64,000 bases of DNA from Euprymna scolopes (Eukaryota): NCBI GenBank assembly GCA_053919585.1, contig CM132792.1; one strand, given 5' to 3'. This document shows, in pieces, positions 35,344 to 48,590 of the stretch. Position 1 is the stretch's first letter, and the number at the start of each line of letters is the position of its first letter. The notes beneath the pieces were generated by a model, which saw nothing but the letters and a program-made list of their open reading frames with translations, was not told where the DNA came from and ran no database searches. The position numbers and the translations under genes were made by a program.

Positions 35344-36774
35344 TTCTACATGATATCAATACAACATGCAGCTTCAGTGGTTTACAAAATAACTGTGAAT
35401 GCTTCTATAATCAGATAATAAAATAATAAACGTGATGAAAAGTTTTAAGTTATCCTTTAAAATTTTCATTGAAAATGTTGAATGTTTTTCATATTGAAAA
35501 AAAAAAGTCATGAGTACATATCCTCTCATTTATATTTGATTTGATCAACAATGATTCACATAATTTCTCAAATTTACTCCTTTTTCATATAACACAAATG
35601 GACTGAAATCACATAAAACTCCTCATGTGCAGTGTACTCTTGTATGACTCTGAAAGGAAGCTATTTTCAGGAAAACTTAGAAAAAGTGCCTTAGTCTGGT
35701 CTTAATTTCTCAGGAAAGTGATTCAAACTGTTACAATAGAAAATATTCATTTATATTAGCATTCAACTAGAATGTTTATTCTTGTACTGTAACAATGATA
35801 ATAATAAGAAAGTAAGAAAAACAAATCGTATATGTGACTTCTGTAAGATACATCATTCCTGAAACTCGTCTAACTCGTTAGAGCTAAAAATCAAACCTTT
35901 TATTTGTGAGCACCAAAACAATGAAACGGATGGAATAATTTTTAAGAGCTCTCAGTATCTCCAGAGGACAGTAATTTTGTATGATACAAAACAAATTCAA
36001 CTTTTGTTCAAGTAAAGGAACTTTAACATTTCCAAGAACGCCATAAAGCATTGTGAGTTTCTAAAAATGTTTAATTAATAATTCACATAGAATCAATGAT
36101 TATTTCTTCTTCTTATGCGCTTTCTAGATCCAGGTTTTCTGGCCATGGAACATAATCTTTCAGGCAATTCCAAGTTTGTATCACTTGAAATATTTTTCCA
36201 AGCTTACTTTTCAATAGTTTTTGGAATATGTTTTTTTTTGTTTTTTTTTTTTTTGTTTTTTTCCAGAAAAAAAAAGCCATCCATTTATGATAGAAAATTG
36301 ACTTTACTAGTTTCCAGTTCCATATAATGCCTTTCTGAGATCCATAAATTGAATATCAATAAGTTCTTTTAAACTTTTTATCAATTCTTCAGGTCTGACA
36401 ACTTTCCAGTTTAGATAATTTTTTATGCAATGATTTAATGATTCTGCATTGTTATTTGACCAATTTCTGAAATTATCTTTCCACTTTGGTTTGCAAACAT
36501 AATTGTGAATGTTTTTCTGGTAATTTATTCATATATGCTGTTAATTTTTTATCAAGTAACATTTTGTTTAGATCCATTAATGATACTTGATATTCGTATT
36601 CATTCATGGATTCAGATACGCTATCTTTTTCCCCCAAAAATGTTCATAAAATAATCTTTTTCAACTTTTGATGTATTGTGGTCATTAAGAAAGCGGCTCA
36701 AATTCTCTTTCATGTGTCTGATGCAAAGATACCTATTGGAATTGGGAGATACAGAATCTAAAGCTTTAACAATA

Positions 36775-36931
36775 TGTCACACTTACGTCACCTGCACGTC
36801 GTCTAGTGGTGGAACGCTCCCTGATCGTTGGTCTTCGGGTCTTTTTGATGAGAATGTCAGTGGCCAGTACCTAAAAGAGACTCGTCGAGCGTTTCTGCAA
36901 TCATGCCAAACAAATTAAAAAAGACAAGTCG

Positions 36932-36974
<43 letters not shown>

Positions 36975-37430
36975 ATTCAAAATCCCTTGTTATTCATAAA
37001 AGGTTACAATCGTCGTTTCGTATTTCACTATTAAGTTAGGGACTGGCCGTTTGTTAACTGCAAAGTTCTTTCGTTTTCGATAAAAACTAAACGGCTACGT
37101 GGCAGGGTCAATCGATGAGGCGATCGGCTTTTTTGCTCGTTCGAGCCCAGGGGAGCAGATGTCTCTCTGTGTCTGTCAGTCTTTGTGTGTCTTGCGCTCA
37201 AAACTCGCTGCTTATATTGTGGGGGGGCGGGAGCTATATCTTCTGTTTCTCTCATTCGGCCCTTTAGCCAATCAGGATGCCGGAACCGCTGTCACTTAAA
37301 TCTTCACCAGAGGGCCTATGCTCAAAAAAGGGGCTGTTTCTTCTTCTGTTGGCAATCGAGTAGAATATCTCAGCCGGCAGCGTGTGCCTAATGGAATTTG
37401 ACGGGCCATTAAAACCAGAATGGTCTCGTT
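36775..37430. mobile_element. GC-richer LTR-like insert interrupting the MULE transposase
   Basis: Begins TGTCAC exactly at a break in the transposase frame and contains a CCAAT box and a GC box. No CA end or TSD was found. Confidence 0.4.
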
Positions 37431-37433
37431 CAA

Positions 37434-37434
37434 T

Positions 37435-37475
<41 letters not shown>

Positions 37476-38284
37476 GAATTAGTCCATAAAATATCTGATC
37501 TTTTGAATCAATTCTGGTCACTTTTTAGTTTTTATAATTTAACATTGTCAGAAAATATGGACCAACATTAAAAGTTCTATGAATGGCAATTATTGCATTT
37601 TCATGATCAGTTATGCAAGAAATGAGATCAGTAATTTGTTCATCAGCATACATTATAATCGCAGGTAAATCATTATCAATTTGTATACTTAAAAGTTTTC
37701 AGGATTTTCTTTTTGTTTCATATTGGTAATAACATGAAAATTTTGTATACTAGGAATTTCCATATATATTTTTTGTTGGAAGATCAATATTTTTTTAATT
37801 GTCTGAAAATCTTCTGGGTGTGTCCTAACAAACTGACTTGTCAGTAGCTGCAGTCTTTTATATTTCAAATGTTGATTTTTTTTTTTTTTTTAACAGAATT
37901 AGTCCATAAAATATCTGATCTTTTGAATCAATTCTGGTCACTTTTTAGTTTTTATAATTTAACATTGTCAGAAAATATGGACCAACATTAAAAGTTCTAT
38001 GAATGGCAATTATTGCATTTTCATGATCAGTTATACAAGAAATGAGATCAGTAATTTGTTCATCAGTATCCATTATAATCGCAGGTAAATCATTATCAAT
38101 TTGTATACTTAAAAATTTTCAGGATTTTCTTTTTGTTTCATATTGGTAATAACATGAAAATTTTGTATACTAGGAATTTCCATATATATTTTTTGTTGGA
38201 AGATTAATATTTTTTTAATTGTCTGAAAATCTTCTGGGTGTGTCCTAACAAACTGACTGGTCAGTAGCTACAGTCTTTTATATT
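37434..38284. repeat. Tandem duplication (~420 bp x2) within the MULE transposase
   Basis: 37434-37864 and 37872-38284 are nearly identical apart from poly-T length and a few SNPs. Confidence 0.95.
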
Positions 38285-40210
38285 GATAAAACATCAGTTC
38301 GTTGACATTTTTATTTTCACTGTTGATTATAACAGTGATTCATTGTTTAAAATCTGGTGAATGTTTATAATTAATATCATATCTTACTATTGTTGCGATG
38401 TTGACTTCTTTTGGCTGTGGCTGAAACTCAATAAGATATCTTTCACCTTTGGACACCTTCCGATAATAAAACATTTCCCCTCTTTTAAATATCATTTTCA
38501 AATGTGTCCTCGGATAATAATCACAACGATATGTTTTGGTCTTAAAATTCTCCACAATCATCATAAATTCTTAAACCATTGTGGTGATGCATATTTTCTG
38601 ATTTTAAAATAAACCTGACAATTATTTTTCATTCCCATAGGAAATTTATAAAGAATTATTTTACTTGAAGCAAATGTCATAAACTTGGTAAACCTTGATA
38701 CTCCTGCAGTCTTCAGTAAACAGGTCTGCTGTTCAAATGATAATGTATTATTTAAACAGTGTGGTAAATTATCGCACAAATTTTCATTGTTGTTTGTTTA
38801 TTTATCTCCCCCCCCCCGGTACTTTGCGGGATACTATTTAAAGTATTTGAGTTTGAAACATCTGAAGGAATATACGTTGTGGCTTTTTGTGAACTTTAGT
38901 CCAAATCAGAAATGCTATCTAAAGATGATAAATCAGTATTTTGATGAAATTTTTTCATTTGTTGCATCAGCAGAACTAATACTTGGCGATTGTTCAAGTG
39001 TAATAAGTGAATTGTTTGGATTATTGTTGGAATAAATTAAAGGTACAAAGTGATTAGGAGACCAAATCCCTCCTTTTGTAATATGAAGAACCCTAACCAC
39101 ATAATATAAATTGAAATGTTAGCATTAATTGCCTCTGGCCTGAATATATGGTTTGATATTAAAAAAATTAATTTCGCATAAACCGTTCAATGGGGTATAT
39201 ACAACATTTGTCTATTTAAAACTAAATAAAGAGCAGCAATAGTTATGTTGTCAGAAAACCTATAGTTTTGTGAACAAACAATCAAAGATTCTTCATACGT
39301 GCGACGAATCAAAAGATCAGGAGTTAATAGCTTCATAACTCTTTCTTTATCCAAACACAATAAAATTGTGGCTCAAACTCGTAATTCACAGGCATATCTT
39401 TCATCAATAGCAATCGGAATAGCATTGAATAAACAATTACCATCTGGAGAAGATTTAACAGCTACAAATTTATCCATTTTAAACTGTTTCAGAATTTCCA
39501 TTGATTGCTGATCAATAATAAAGGCCACAGTTTCTAATTTTGGATACAGTTCAAAAGAAGAATAAAACTCTTTCAAAAGCTTTTGATGTTGATGTAAGTC
39601 TAGATATTCCATTCAAACCTGAGGTTTCCAAGCGAGCTAAGGAATCATTAAATAAAGACTTACTATTTTCCAGACACTTGCGACCGAAAAAGGAGGAGTC
39701 AGATTTCTCCAAAAGTTCTATTTCATTCGATGTGAAACCAAGACATGAATGGTGATTCCAATTTTCACATTTTTTACAAATAATATATTCATCTATATTA
39801 TTGCTGTAACACAGAACAAATATGCCATTTCTTTTGAATGAAATGTTTTATAATGTCTCTCTCATATATATATATATATGTGTGTGGGTGTATAAATATG
39901 TGTGTGTGTGTGGGTGTGTATAAATATATATATTTATATATAAAAGTGTAATTGTCTGTGTGTAGATTTCTCTACCAAACTGCTATGTCAATTTTCGGCC
40001 CAGATTCGAGATTTGAGAAAACTTTTTTTAAAATCATTTTCGGCCAGAAATTTGGCTGCCTAGAGGTCAAAGTTGAAAGATTTGACCTTTAAAAACTCTA
40101 ACAAACTCCTCTGCTAATTTTGGGTCTAAACACTTGAAATTTTAAGTGTAGGTTACTTGAACATGGGTCAAACTTTTTAATTTGATTTGAGCCTAAAACA
40201 AATGTTAATG

Positions 40211-43200
40211 CAGGGGTTCTCAGGCTTGCTTGACCCATGCACCCCTTTTACCATTTGTCAAAGGTTCATTCATCCCCTCATTTCCAAAAAATATTTTTCA
40301 AAAATGCATTCTAAATATTATGCAAATATTACAAAAAAACTTTTATATTTCCTAATTTGTATATATACATTCACAACATTATATATGGCTTATGTTTATA
40401 ATTGAGTTTTATAAATTAAATGCAAATTGGAAATATTGATTGATATACAAAATAGAAATAAAAGCAGAATTTATTTTTTATTTATAATGAATTACTTAAA
40501 AAAACAAAAATGAAACTAATGCAATTTAAAAAGATGAGTAAAATAACAAGAAATTAAAATCTGCAATCAATTTAATTCAGAAGATTACGATTCATCAAAT
40601 GACAAAAACTGATCGTTTTGCTTTGGCCAATTCTGAAATATTCGGAGGAGTGCTTGACACGGCACAATGCAGGTTGTTATCCACCTCTAATCTACTGCGT
40701 TGCTTTGTTTTAATCGCAACAAAGTTGAAAAGCCTGACTCACATAGATATGTCGATACAAACGGACACAATGCACGGATAGCTATTTCCGACACTTTTGA
40801 GTAGGATCCGCACATCAGAGGCCAAAATTCTGTTATTGATTTTTCATCAAACATATCTCTTGCTTCCGAATCAGTTTTTAGCTCAAGGAATTCATCTTGG
40901 CAATCATCTGGAACTCTTTCAACTGGTAATTTGAATGGATTTCTTACTAAATCGAACTCATCAGGAAAGTATCTGCTGAATTCATTTTTCAGTGCTGTCA
41001 AATACTGCAAAATTTCATTTTTTTTCAAATTGTGGAAGCATCTTATCTACACCACAAATATCAAGAATGGATGTCAGTTTCTCAAACATAGCTACAATTT
41101 TTGTATTGACTTTTCTCTTCCAATTTTCAAGCTTGCTCATAAAAGCTCCCAAGGCATCTACGAATTTTATAATATTTGTATTCCTTCCTTGCATCTGAAG
41201 ATTCAGTTTATTCAGTTGCTCGAATATATCAACCAAATAAGCAAGACACATAATCCATTCTTCATTGTTTAGCCAGGCAAGAAATTCAGTCTTACTTTGA
41301 ACCTCGAAAAACAATTTGAGCTCGTCCCTAAGCTGAAATATTCGCTTAGTTACATTTCCTCTTGACAGCCAACGGACGTTTGTGCGAAAAAGAAGTGAAT
41401 GATGAGTATCATCCATATCATAACATAACTGCTTGAAAAGTCGGGAGTTTAGAGATCCTCCTTTGACAAAATTCACAATTTGAATTATTTGATCCAAAAC
41501 CTTCTCAAACGGAGCTGGAAGTGTTTTTGAGGCTTTGAGTGCCTGACGATGGATCATACAATGAATGTCTTTCGCTTTTGGAGCTCGCCTTTTCACACAT
41601 ACTTGGAATCCTGATTTTGTCCCTAACATAGCTGGTGCTCCATCTGTACAGCACCCACACATATTATCCCACAAAAGATTTGAGTCGAAAAAAAGTGAAA
41701 CCTTTTCTAAAATATCTGAGGCCTTGGTCGTTAGTTCAAGAGGAGAACAAAAAAGAAACTCCTCTTTAAATAAACCTGCATGAACATACCTTGCAAACAC
41801 CATCAACTGAGAACATGATGCCACATCGGTTGATTCATCAAGTTGAATTGAAAATAATCCAAATGCTGAAGACTTGATCTCTTGCACAACTTGATCCTTG
41901 ATGTCATTGAGAGCAAGGCTTAATCAAATTTTCCCCAATTGTATGTGTTTTTTTTCTGCTTTGCTATTTCAAGAGTTACAAAATAAGAAGCTTCAGTAAC
42001 TTTGTGTTTATTTTCTTTAAAATCTATTGATACCAGCCTCATCTTTTTTACAGCATCCCCATGACGTTCAAAAAAGTTTTTGTTCTCGTCTTTATGTTGA
42101 GGATGAACATTTTGTAAATGTTGCTTCATCTTTGCTGGTTTCATAGAATCGTTTGTCCAAGCTTTATTACAAATAACACATTGAAGCCGTTCTTCTCCAT
42201 TGATGACGATAGATGTGAATCCATACTCAATAGATGAATGATCATACTTTCTTTTTTTTTTTATACTCATGATGGGCTTCAAATTCTGTAATTAAGACAT
42301 GGAAAATTCGAAATCATAAAATATAAAATTTATAAATGGAACTTTTTACAGACAATTTTATAGATTTAATTTTTCTATAATCAGCATCATGGGTGACATG
42401 AAGTATACAATGACAAAGATGCATAAACAAGAATGTGCAATATGCTTAATTACAGGAGAATATTCTCCGTTTTAGTACATAAAAACTAGACTAGCTAGCG
42501 AAGCGCAGTCACAAAAACTGACATAATCAGAATAGGTAACAAAGAGAAAACAACTGGAATTATAATGTGAATAAAAACATAACAGAGACACATACGGACA
42601 GTAGAAGAAACAAAATTATTGTAGGGTACCTACGTACTTTGAGATAAAATTCAGCAAAAGATAAGAGGTTAATGTAGTTTGCTTGAAGCATTGTTTAGTA
42701 TGTACATAAATGTGATTCGTAGAAGGCAATACAATGCAGTAGTAAAACAGACACTAACTGAAGCAAATGAAGAAAATATTTAATACAATCTGAATACAGT
42801 ATATACATATATTTAAATATTTCATACATGCATTATATTCAAGGTTGTATTGAGATTATTTGTGTCAGATGGTCTGTTGGAAAATCTGAATTTATAATAT
42901 TTCGAGAATAGATATCTCTTTGTCAGATATGTGTTCGACTTTGTTCAAACGTGCATAGCAAACAGGCCACCTATACCGCAGAAATGGCAACTTGAAATAT
43001 ATTATTTAATATTTGCTATTATTATTACAATAATATTTTAATTAATTTTATGGGACTATCAAAATTCGGCATTATTTAATTACTTACTGTAATATTTGTA
43101 TAATTATGATTAAAATATTTTATTATTTTATATTTATTTATTTCATTTAAAAAAAATTTTTTTTTCTGCATTAGGCCGACCGTTGAAATTTGAATTTCTG

Positions 43201-43698
43201 TTAAATTAAATTAAGATTTGACTATCAAGGGAGATAACTTGTTGACCTAGCAAAGGGAGATTACTGTATTGGTTAAATAATTTTCTTTTTTTTTTTTGTA
43301 GTTAATTATTTAAATTTAAAGATTGTCAGTTCCTTAGTTTATTATTTCTGATATTTTGATATCACCTTAATTAGTATGATCTAACTTGTTAGTAATAATT
43401 ATTATTTAGTGCATATTTAGAATGGTTCAAATAATTTGATCTTTAAACTTTGTATAATCTTATTTGTAGTGATAATTATTAATTAATGTCTATTGGAGTT
43501 GGTTGAAACCATTAATCATTATTTATTAAATATAAGTTTATGATATTCTGTTTTGAATTATTATTATTTATTTCAATGTGGCTGTGGCTACTATGGATTT
43601 ACAATATTCGGCCTAGAGGATCTCCAGTAGATCTTTTCTCCAAAGTCATAATTCACCCCCTTAAATCCTGAAAAAGTCACCCCTAATGAGAACCCCTG
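40211..43698 (-). mobile_element. hAT (TcBuster/ZBED5-ZBED8-like), frameshifted
   Basis: 12-bp TIRs CAGGGGTTCTCA. Transposase pieces 41920-42282, 41015-41887 and 40687-41028 (QLDESTD, TDGAPAM, VRWLSRG, STYLCESGFS). Confidence 0.92.
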
Positions 43699-43990
43699 AG
43701 TTAGAGTATCCTTGAATTATGAACTCATCTAGGGAGGTGGTCGGCCCTATTCCAGTTTCGCTTAGAAAGAATATGTCCAGTTTCGTCTCCTATAATTGGG
43801 TTTCAACCTCTGGAAGGTTGGAACGTAAACTACTGATGTTGAAGGAGACATGGTAGTAGGGGTCTACGTAGGAGGAGGATGGGGTTCTAGCTTAAATGTA
43901 AATATATAGTAGAGATTTAGAAGGCTGTCACAATGCGAGGAATGAAATATAGTCGTTGTTGGTGAGAGAAGACGAGAACAAGTGGCGATT
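43699..43990 (-). mobile_element. CR1/L2-type LINE endonuclease N-terminal fragment
   Basis: Homologous to 49690-49880 (HVSF.NI..LRSNLPEVETQL...FLSETGIG). Confidence 0.7.
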
Positions 43991-44929
43991 TACAAATCAA
44001 TAAGTACATACATATATTTTATATATATGCATATATTTATTCAGTTGTATTGGTAAAATGTCTTACTTGTTATGTCTGCGATAAATTCCATTATTAATTT
44101 CGGAAAAATTCCCTTTTCAAATGGTAGGCGTAACAGATCGATTCAAAGCATGCTAGATGATGGAGCGGAAGTTGGGTAGCTATGTGGGGCCTCGGAGCAA
44201 ATGTGAGTAGGGGATTTATGTATGGTATGATTAGGCAACATGTTTATAATTTTATTTATTTCTATTTGTCTTTTTTTTTTTTTTTTTTATAACTTGTTGC
44301 TTTAGCGTGATCTTTTTCAATTTTGTATGTTCTCTATTTTGTTGTCTTTATCATTATTACTATTATTTATTTTTTTTTTTTTTCTGCTGATGTGTGTGGT
44401 GTCTAGGTTTATCTGGGTCACGTAAGTCGCTAGTGGGCTGTGTCTGGTCAGCTATTGAAGGATAGAGTAGGGGTGGGATGTGAGAAAGGAGGGGAGGTGG
44501 GTGCGGGGTGATGCGCTCTCAGTCGGCAGCTGGGTGTTTAGGTTAGTGTTGCCAGGAGTAGGAAGATAGGTGAGGAGGGGGGGAATTGGGATGACATTCC
44601 TTGGGAGTTAATTTATTTCCATGAGATTATAAGTGGTAGATTTTTTTTTTTTTTTTTACTTTCTTTTTAATTGGTTTGTGTTACTTCAGCTAGCTATATT
44701 TTAATTTTTTGTTTTGTTTTAAATATATACTGCTGTTTTTATTTATGAAATTTCTTTTATTATATTATAATTATTATTATTTATTTATTTTTATATATAA
44801 TTTATATGGGATGGGCTTGTAGTAATGTCCTATCTGGATTGTGAGTTGGGCTGTGAGCGGTGTGTAGTGGTCTATCTGTTCTAATGGGTTATGGTTGTAA
44901 TGGTAAGTCTTAGGTGGGAGCCGTATGTA

Positions 44930-46597
44930 AAGTTATATAATGAATGAAGATCCGAGCTCAAGTCTGTTGTTGAGTTATGGCCGTAATTTGGATATTAGTA
45001 ATGATTCTTTTATGCGAAGATTCCCAATACTGCGTTCTGTGGTTAAAATATCAAATTTAATAGATGTATTAGTGTTTCTGCAGGTGTTGGTGTTTGCGGA
45101 ATGATGATGCTTGTTTTTGTGTATGTTCCTTGACTCTTATGTGTAGGAGTCTCGTGGTGCTGCCCACGTAGAATTTTCCACAGGCGGAGCATTCTAGTCT
45201 GTATACTACGTGTGTCCGGTGGCAGATTGTTGCGGGGTATACGGGGCAATTTGCTAATGTGCATGGTTGTGGGTCCTCGCTGTGCCTGCATTTAGAGAGT
45301 TTCTGTCTAAGGGATGGCCCAGAGTGGGCTAGTTGCATATTGAGACCCACTCTTCTGATAGCCCTGCGGATAGCCGTTGTGATCTTGTTGCTGAGATGGG
45401 GCATTTAAGGAAGCAAGTATTGGTGGGGAAGCTTCTTATACGTCTTCTTGTGTTCCAAAGGTGTTTAATGACAGTGCTGGGGTATCAGTTTGTCTCTAGG
45501 ACCTGGTGGAACCGTTTTGTGCATTCTGTCTTGTCTTTTGGCTTGCTGCATTTGCTTTGGATGCGGGTGATCTCATTCCTAGCATATCCGATGATGACCT
45601 TAGTAGGGAGGGCAGACTTGTATTATAATATTATTATATTATAATATACTTTGCCTAGCTGGTTTTCGGTAGAATTTAGTAATGACGGCCCCTTCATCTG
45701 ATATTTTTAGGTTGAAGTCTAGGAGTGATAGGGATCCGTCATCGCTGGGGTGTTCGATGGTGAATTCTATGTGTGGGTCGGAATCGGAGAAAATAGCGTA
45801 GATGTTCTCAGCGTCGGTGAGTGATGATGTAAGGATCAGGACATCATCGACATATCTCAAGAGGAATATGACGGAGTTGCGCGTGTTGAGGGCTCGGCAT
45901 TCGAGTCTGTCCATGTATGAGATGGCCAGTATTCCTGAGAGGCTGGAACCCATGGGCAGTCCTGTAATTTGTCTGTATGTTTGGCGTTGGTAGGTGAAGT
46001 ATGTGTTGTCTACTATTATAAGTAGGAGTTTGTGGATGTCTGAGGGAGTGAGGCCAAAGCAGTGTAAGTTGCAGGAGGAGATGTGGTCGGAGTTTAGATC
46101 TACTGCTGGGTGTGCAGGTACTGTAGTGTAGAGGGCAACTACATCGAGGCTGAAGGCGTATTTACCTCGTTTTAGTTGTTGTGGTTGGAGGGTGTTTAGA
46201 TGGTGGAGTACTTCATCGGAACTGCTGACGTGTCCGGGGAAGGAGGAGAGTAATGGTTTAAGTAGTCGAGAGAGTAGCCAAGAGATCTTATATAAGGAAC
46301 CTTCAATGTTTGCAACTATTGGTCTAATTTGTGGAGTTGCTGATTTTTTGTGTGTTTTGATGAGATGGTTAAAAGTGGGGAGTCTGCTGTTTTTAGTAGT
46401 GAAGTTCTGCTTGTATTTGTTGGGGAGTTTTCTACTTCTACATATGTTGGCCCATGTGGTGTTGATGTTTTCGATTTGCGTGGATGTAATGTCAGTAGCT
46501 GGGGTGTATAAGGTGTCGTTGCTTAGGTGTGTGAGTGCAAGGTGGTCATATATGTCTCGAGCTATGACACAGAACTCGTTAAATAAATATGTATATA
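44930..46597 (-). mobile_element. Penelope-like retroelement (RT + GIY-YIG), 5'-truncated and degenerate
   Basis: RT LIKTHK, IRPIV, LDVVALYTTVP, GLPMGSSLS, RYVDD, LSLLDF. GIY-YIG VVYRLECSACGKFYVGST...RVKEH. Confidence 0.92.
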
Positions 46598-47795
46598 CAA
46601 GAGGTGTATGAAAAGTTTTAAGCATCAGAAAAACTAAAAAGAATGAGAGTTTTGATAATTTATTTTTCAACATAGTCCCCCTCATTGGCTGAACACTTGC
46701 TCCAACGGTGCTGAAGCACTTTTATCCCGGTGTAGAAGAATGCCTTTGTTTGGGACTCAATAAATTCCTCAACTGCAGTTATAACGTCATCATCACTTGC
46801 AAAATCAAGGTTTTTTTCATTTAGGGGAACAGCTGAAAGTCAGAGGGGGCCAAGTCTAGCTAATAAGGTGGATGAGGAACAAGTTCGAATCCACAATCAT
46901 GAATCGTTGCCATGGCAACCAGTGAAGTATGGGCTGGTGCATTATTGTGGTGGAAGAGGATTCCTCTTGTGAGCATTCCTGGCCTTTTTTCTTTGATTGC
47001 TTCCCGTAGGCGCTTCAGTTGTCCAGAATAATGTTGTCTGGTCACTGTGTGGCCCTTCTCAAGGTATTCGATCAATATGACACCCTGAGAATCCCAGAAA
47101 ACCGAGGCCATGACCTTGCCAGTTGAAGGAATGACCTTGGCCTTTTTGGGAGTCGGAGATGACGTGCGCTTCCACTGCTTTGATTGTTCTTTGGTTTCGG
47201 GTTGGTAGTGATGAACCCAGCTTTCATCCATAGTGATGAATCCAGCAAGAAAATTGTCTTCATCAGCTTCAAACAGTTCAAGATTGTTCTTGGACACAGT
47301 GCACCTGGTGCGTTTCTGTTCAGCTGTCAAGACGAGGGACCCACCTTGCAGAATCCCGGTTCTTTGGTCAAAATTTTGTCTGCTCGCTCAATCGATATCC
47401 CAAGTCTTTCTGCTATCTGACGGTTTGATATTCTACGATCTTCCATGACCATCTACAAAGCAAGGTCATCTTCAATGCTGTCTCTGCCACACTTGAATTC
47501 TCTGATCCAACGTGTCACTGTCACATATGATGGGGCACTCTCTGCTAATGTTCTCACCATGTGTCCATGAATTTATGAGGCAGTCATGCCTTTCAAATAC
47601 TTGACTGCTTTCTCCATTTTTCACTAAATTCTTGACTCGCGCTTTTTCAAAAATCTGAAAAAAATAAGAAACATGATAGAATTTTAAAAAATGACAAGAA
47701 TACATACAAACGTCAGTACATACAAAAACGTCATGGGTTTGACCATGCATCAACGCTTCTTCTACACGATGCTTAAAACTTTTCATACACCCCTC

Positions 47796-47796
<1 letters not shown>
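46598..47796 (-). mobile_element. mariner (DD34D) element, internally deleted
   Basis: 29-bp TIRs c(g/a)ag(g/a)ggtgtatgaaaagttttaagcatc in TA-repeat context; ITMDESWV, KVMASVFWD, HHNNAPAH, HPPY*LDLAPSDF. Confidence 0.93.

Positions 47797-47798
<2 letters not shown>

Positions 47799-47851
<53 letters not shown>
47799..47851. repeat. (TA)n microsatellite
   Basis: Directly visible. Confidence 0.95.
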
Positions 47852-47857
<6 letters not shown>

Positions 47858-48095
47858 AAAATTCCAATTAAATTTACCAAAATGATCCAAGATGGTAAAA
47901 CTAATGTATATTATAAATATTAAAGAATTAATATTTATAAGGTAATCTCAACCAGATGTAAAAGCTCGATAAAACCAAATAGGAGATAGAGCTTATAATA
48001 AGAGCAAATAGTTAATAAAACATGTTAAAAAACACTTTGAAGAAGAGTTAAAAACATATTTAATTTGAAAAGGAAACACTAAATAAGTGGATAGT

Positions 48096-48142
48096 CCTTA
48101 ATCCGCGGAGTTTCGAAGAAATACTTTCCTTCTCATCAGAGG
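48096..48142 (-). ncRNA. Minimal type-I hammerhead ribozyme motif (Penelope pLTR-type)
   Basis: Minus strand: CCU-CUGAUGA-GAAGGAA(AGUA)UUUCUUC-GAAA-CUCCGCGGAU-UA-AGG. Core boxes are intact, stem II is 7 bp and helix III is near-palindromic. Confidence 0.75.
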
Positions 48143-48289
48143 GTAGTGTAATGGTTTTGGGTCTAACCCAGGGGTTTGACATGTGTTGGGATCTCTGATG
48201 GGAATCCCGTGTGTTGATAGCCCGGGGTTAGGAATTTTAAAGTGAAATTCTCCTTCCGAACGCACGTAGTAAAATAAAATAAAATAAAA

Positions 48290-48557
48290 ATGTGCAGCAT
48301 GCCGGTTGTGACAACATCACAACTAAGTGACACTTGCCAAGGTTCGAACCAGCATTATCTTCATGAAACACCTTAATGACATTCACGATTAATAATTAGG
48401 ATAAGGCAATAAGAACGACCATGACACAATCGAATATGAACATACTAAAAATACATCTATTTATTTACATACAGGTGAATGCAAATGGGGGTGCAGACAA
48501 CATGATGGGGCAAGATGGGCGGGACATTGTCTCTTTCCCCCTCCTTTTCTTTTTTTT

Positions 48558-48590
<33 letters not shown>

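Larger units (their letters stand above)
35420..39850 (-). mobile_element. Degenerate Mutator-like element carrying PHD, OTU (vertnin-like) and transposase domains
   Basis: PHD CSxCYS...CKKCENWNHHSC...GRKC (39675-39830). OTU SSPDGNCLFNAI and PNHFVP (39040-39480). MULE motifs I(H)RTFNVGPYF, RYLCIRHMKEN and WSNNNAESLNH. Boundaries are approximate. Confidence 0.7.

Noticed and set aside
39930-40210. Possible Helitron 5' end (tatatataaaagtgtaattgtctgtg)
   Set aside because: The resemblance is weak, and no 3' hairpin or CTRR end was found to confirm it.
45639-46685. 348-aa ORF as a complete RT gene from its listed start
   Set aside because: The first ~30 codons lie inside the mariner end (46598-46685), so the start is a chimeric artefact.
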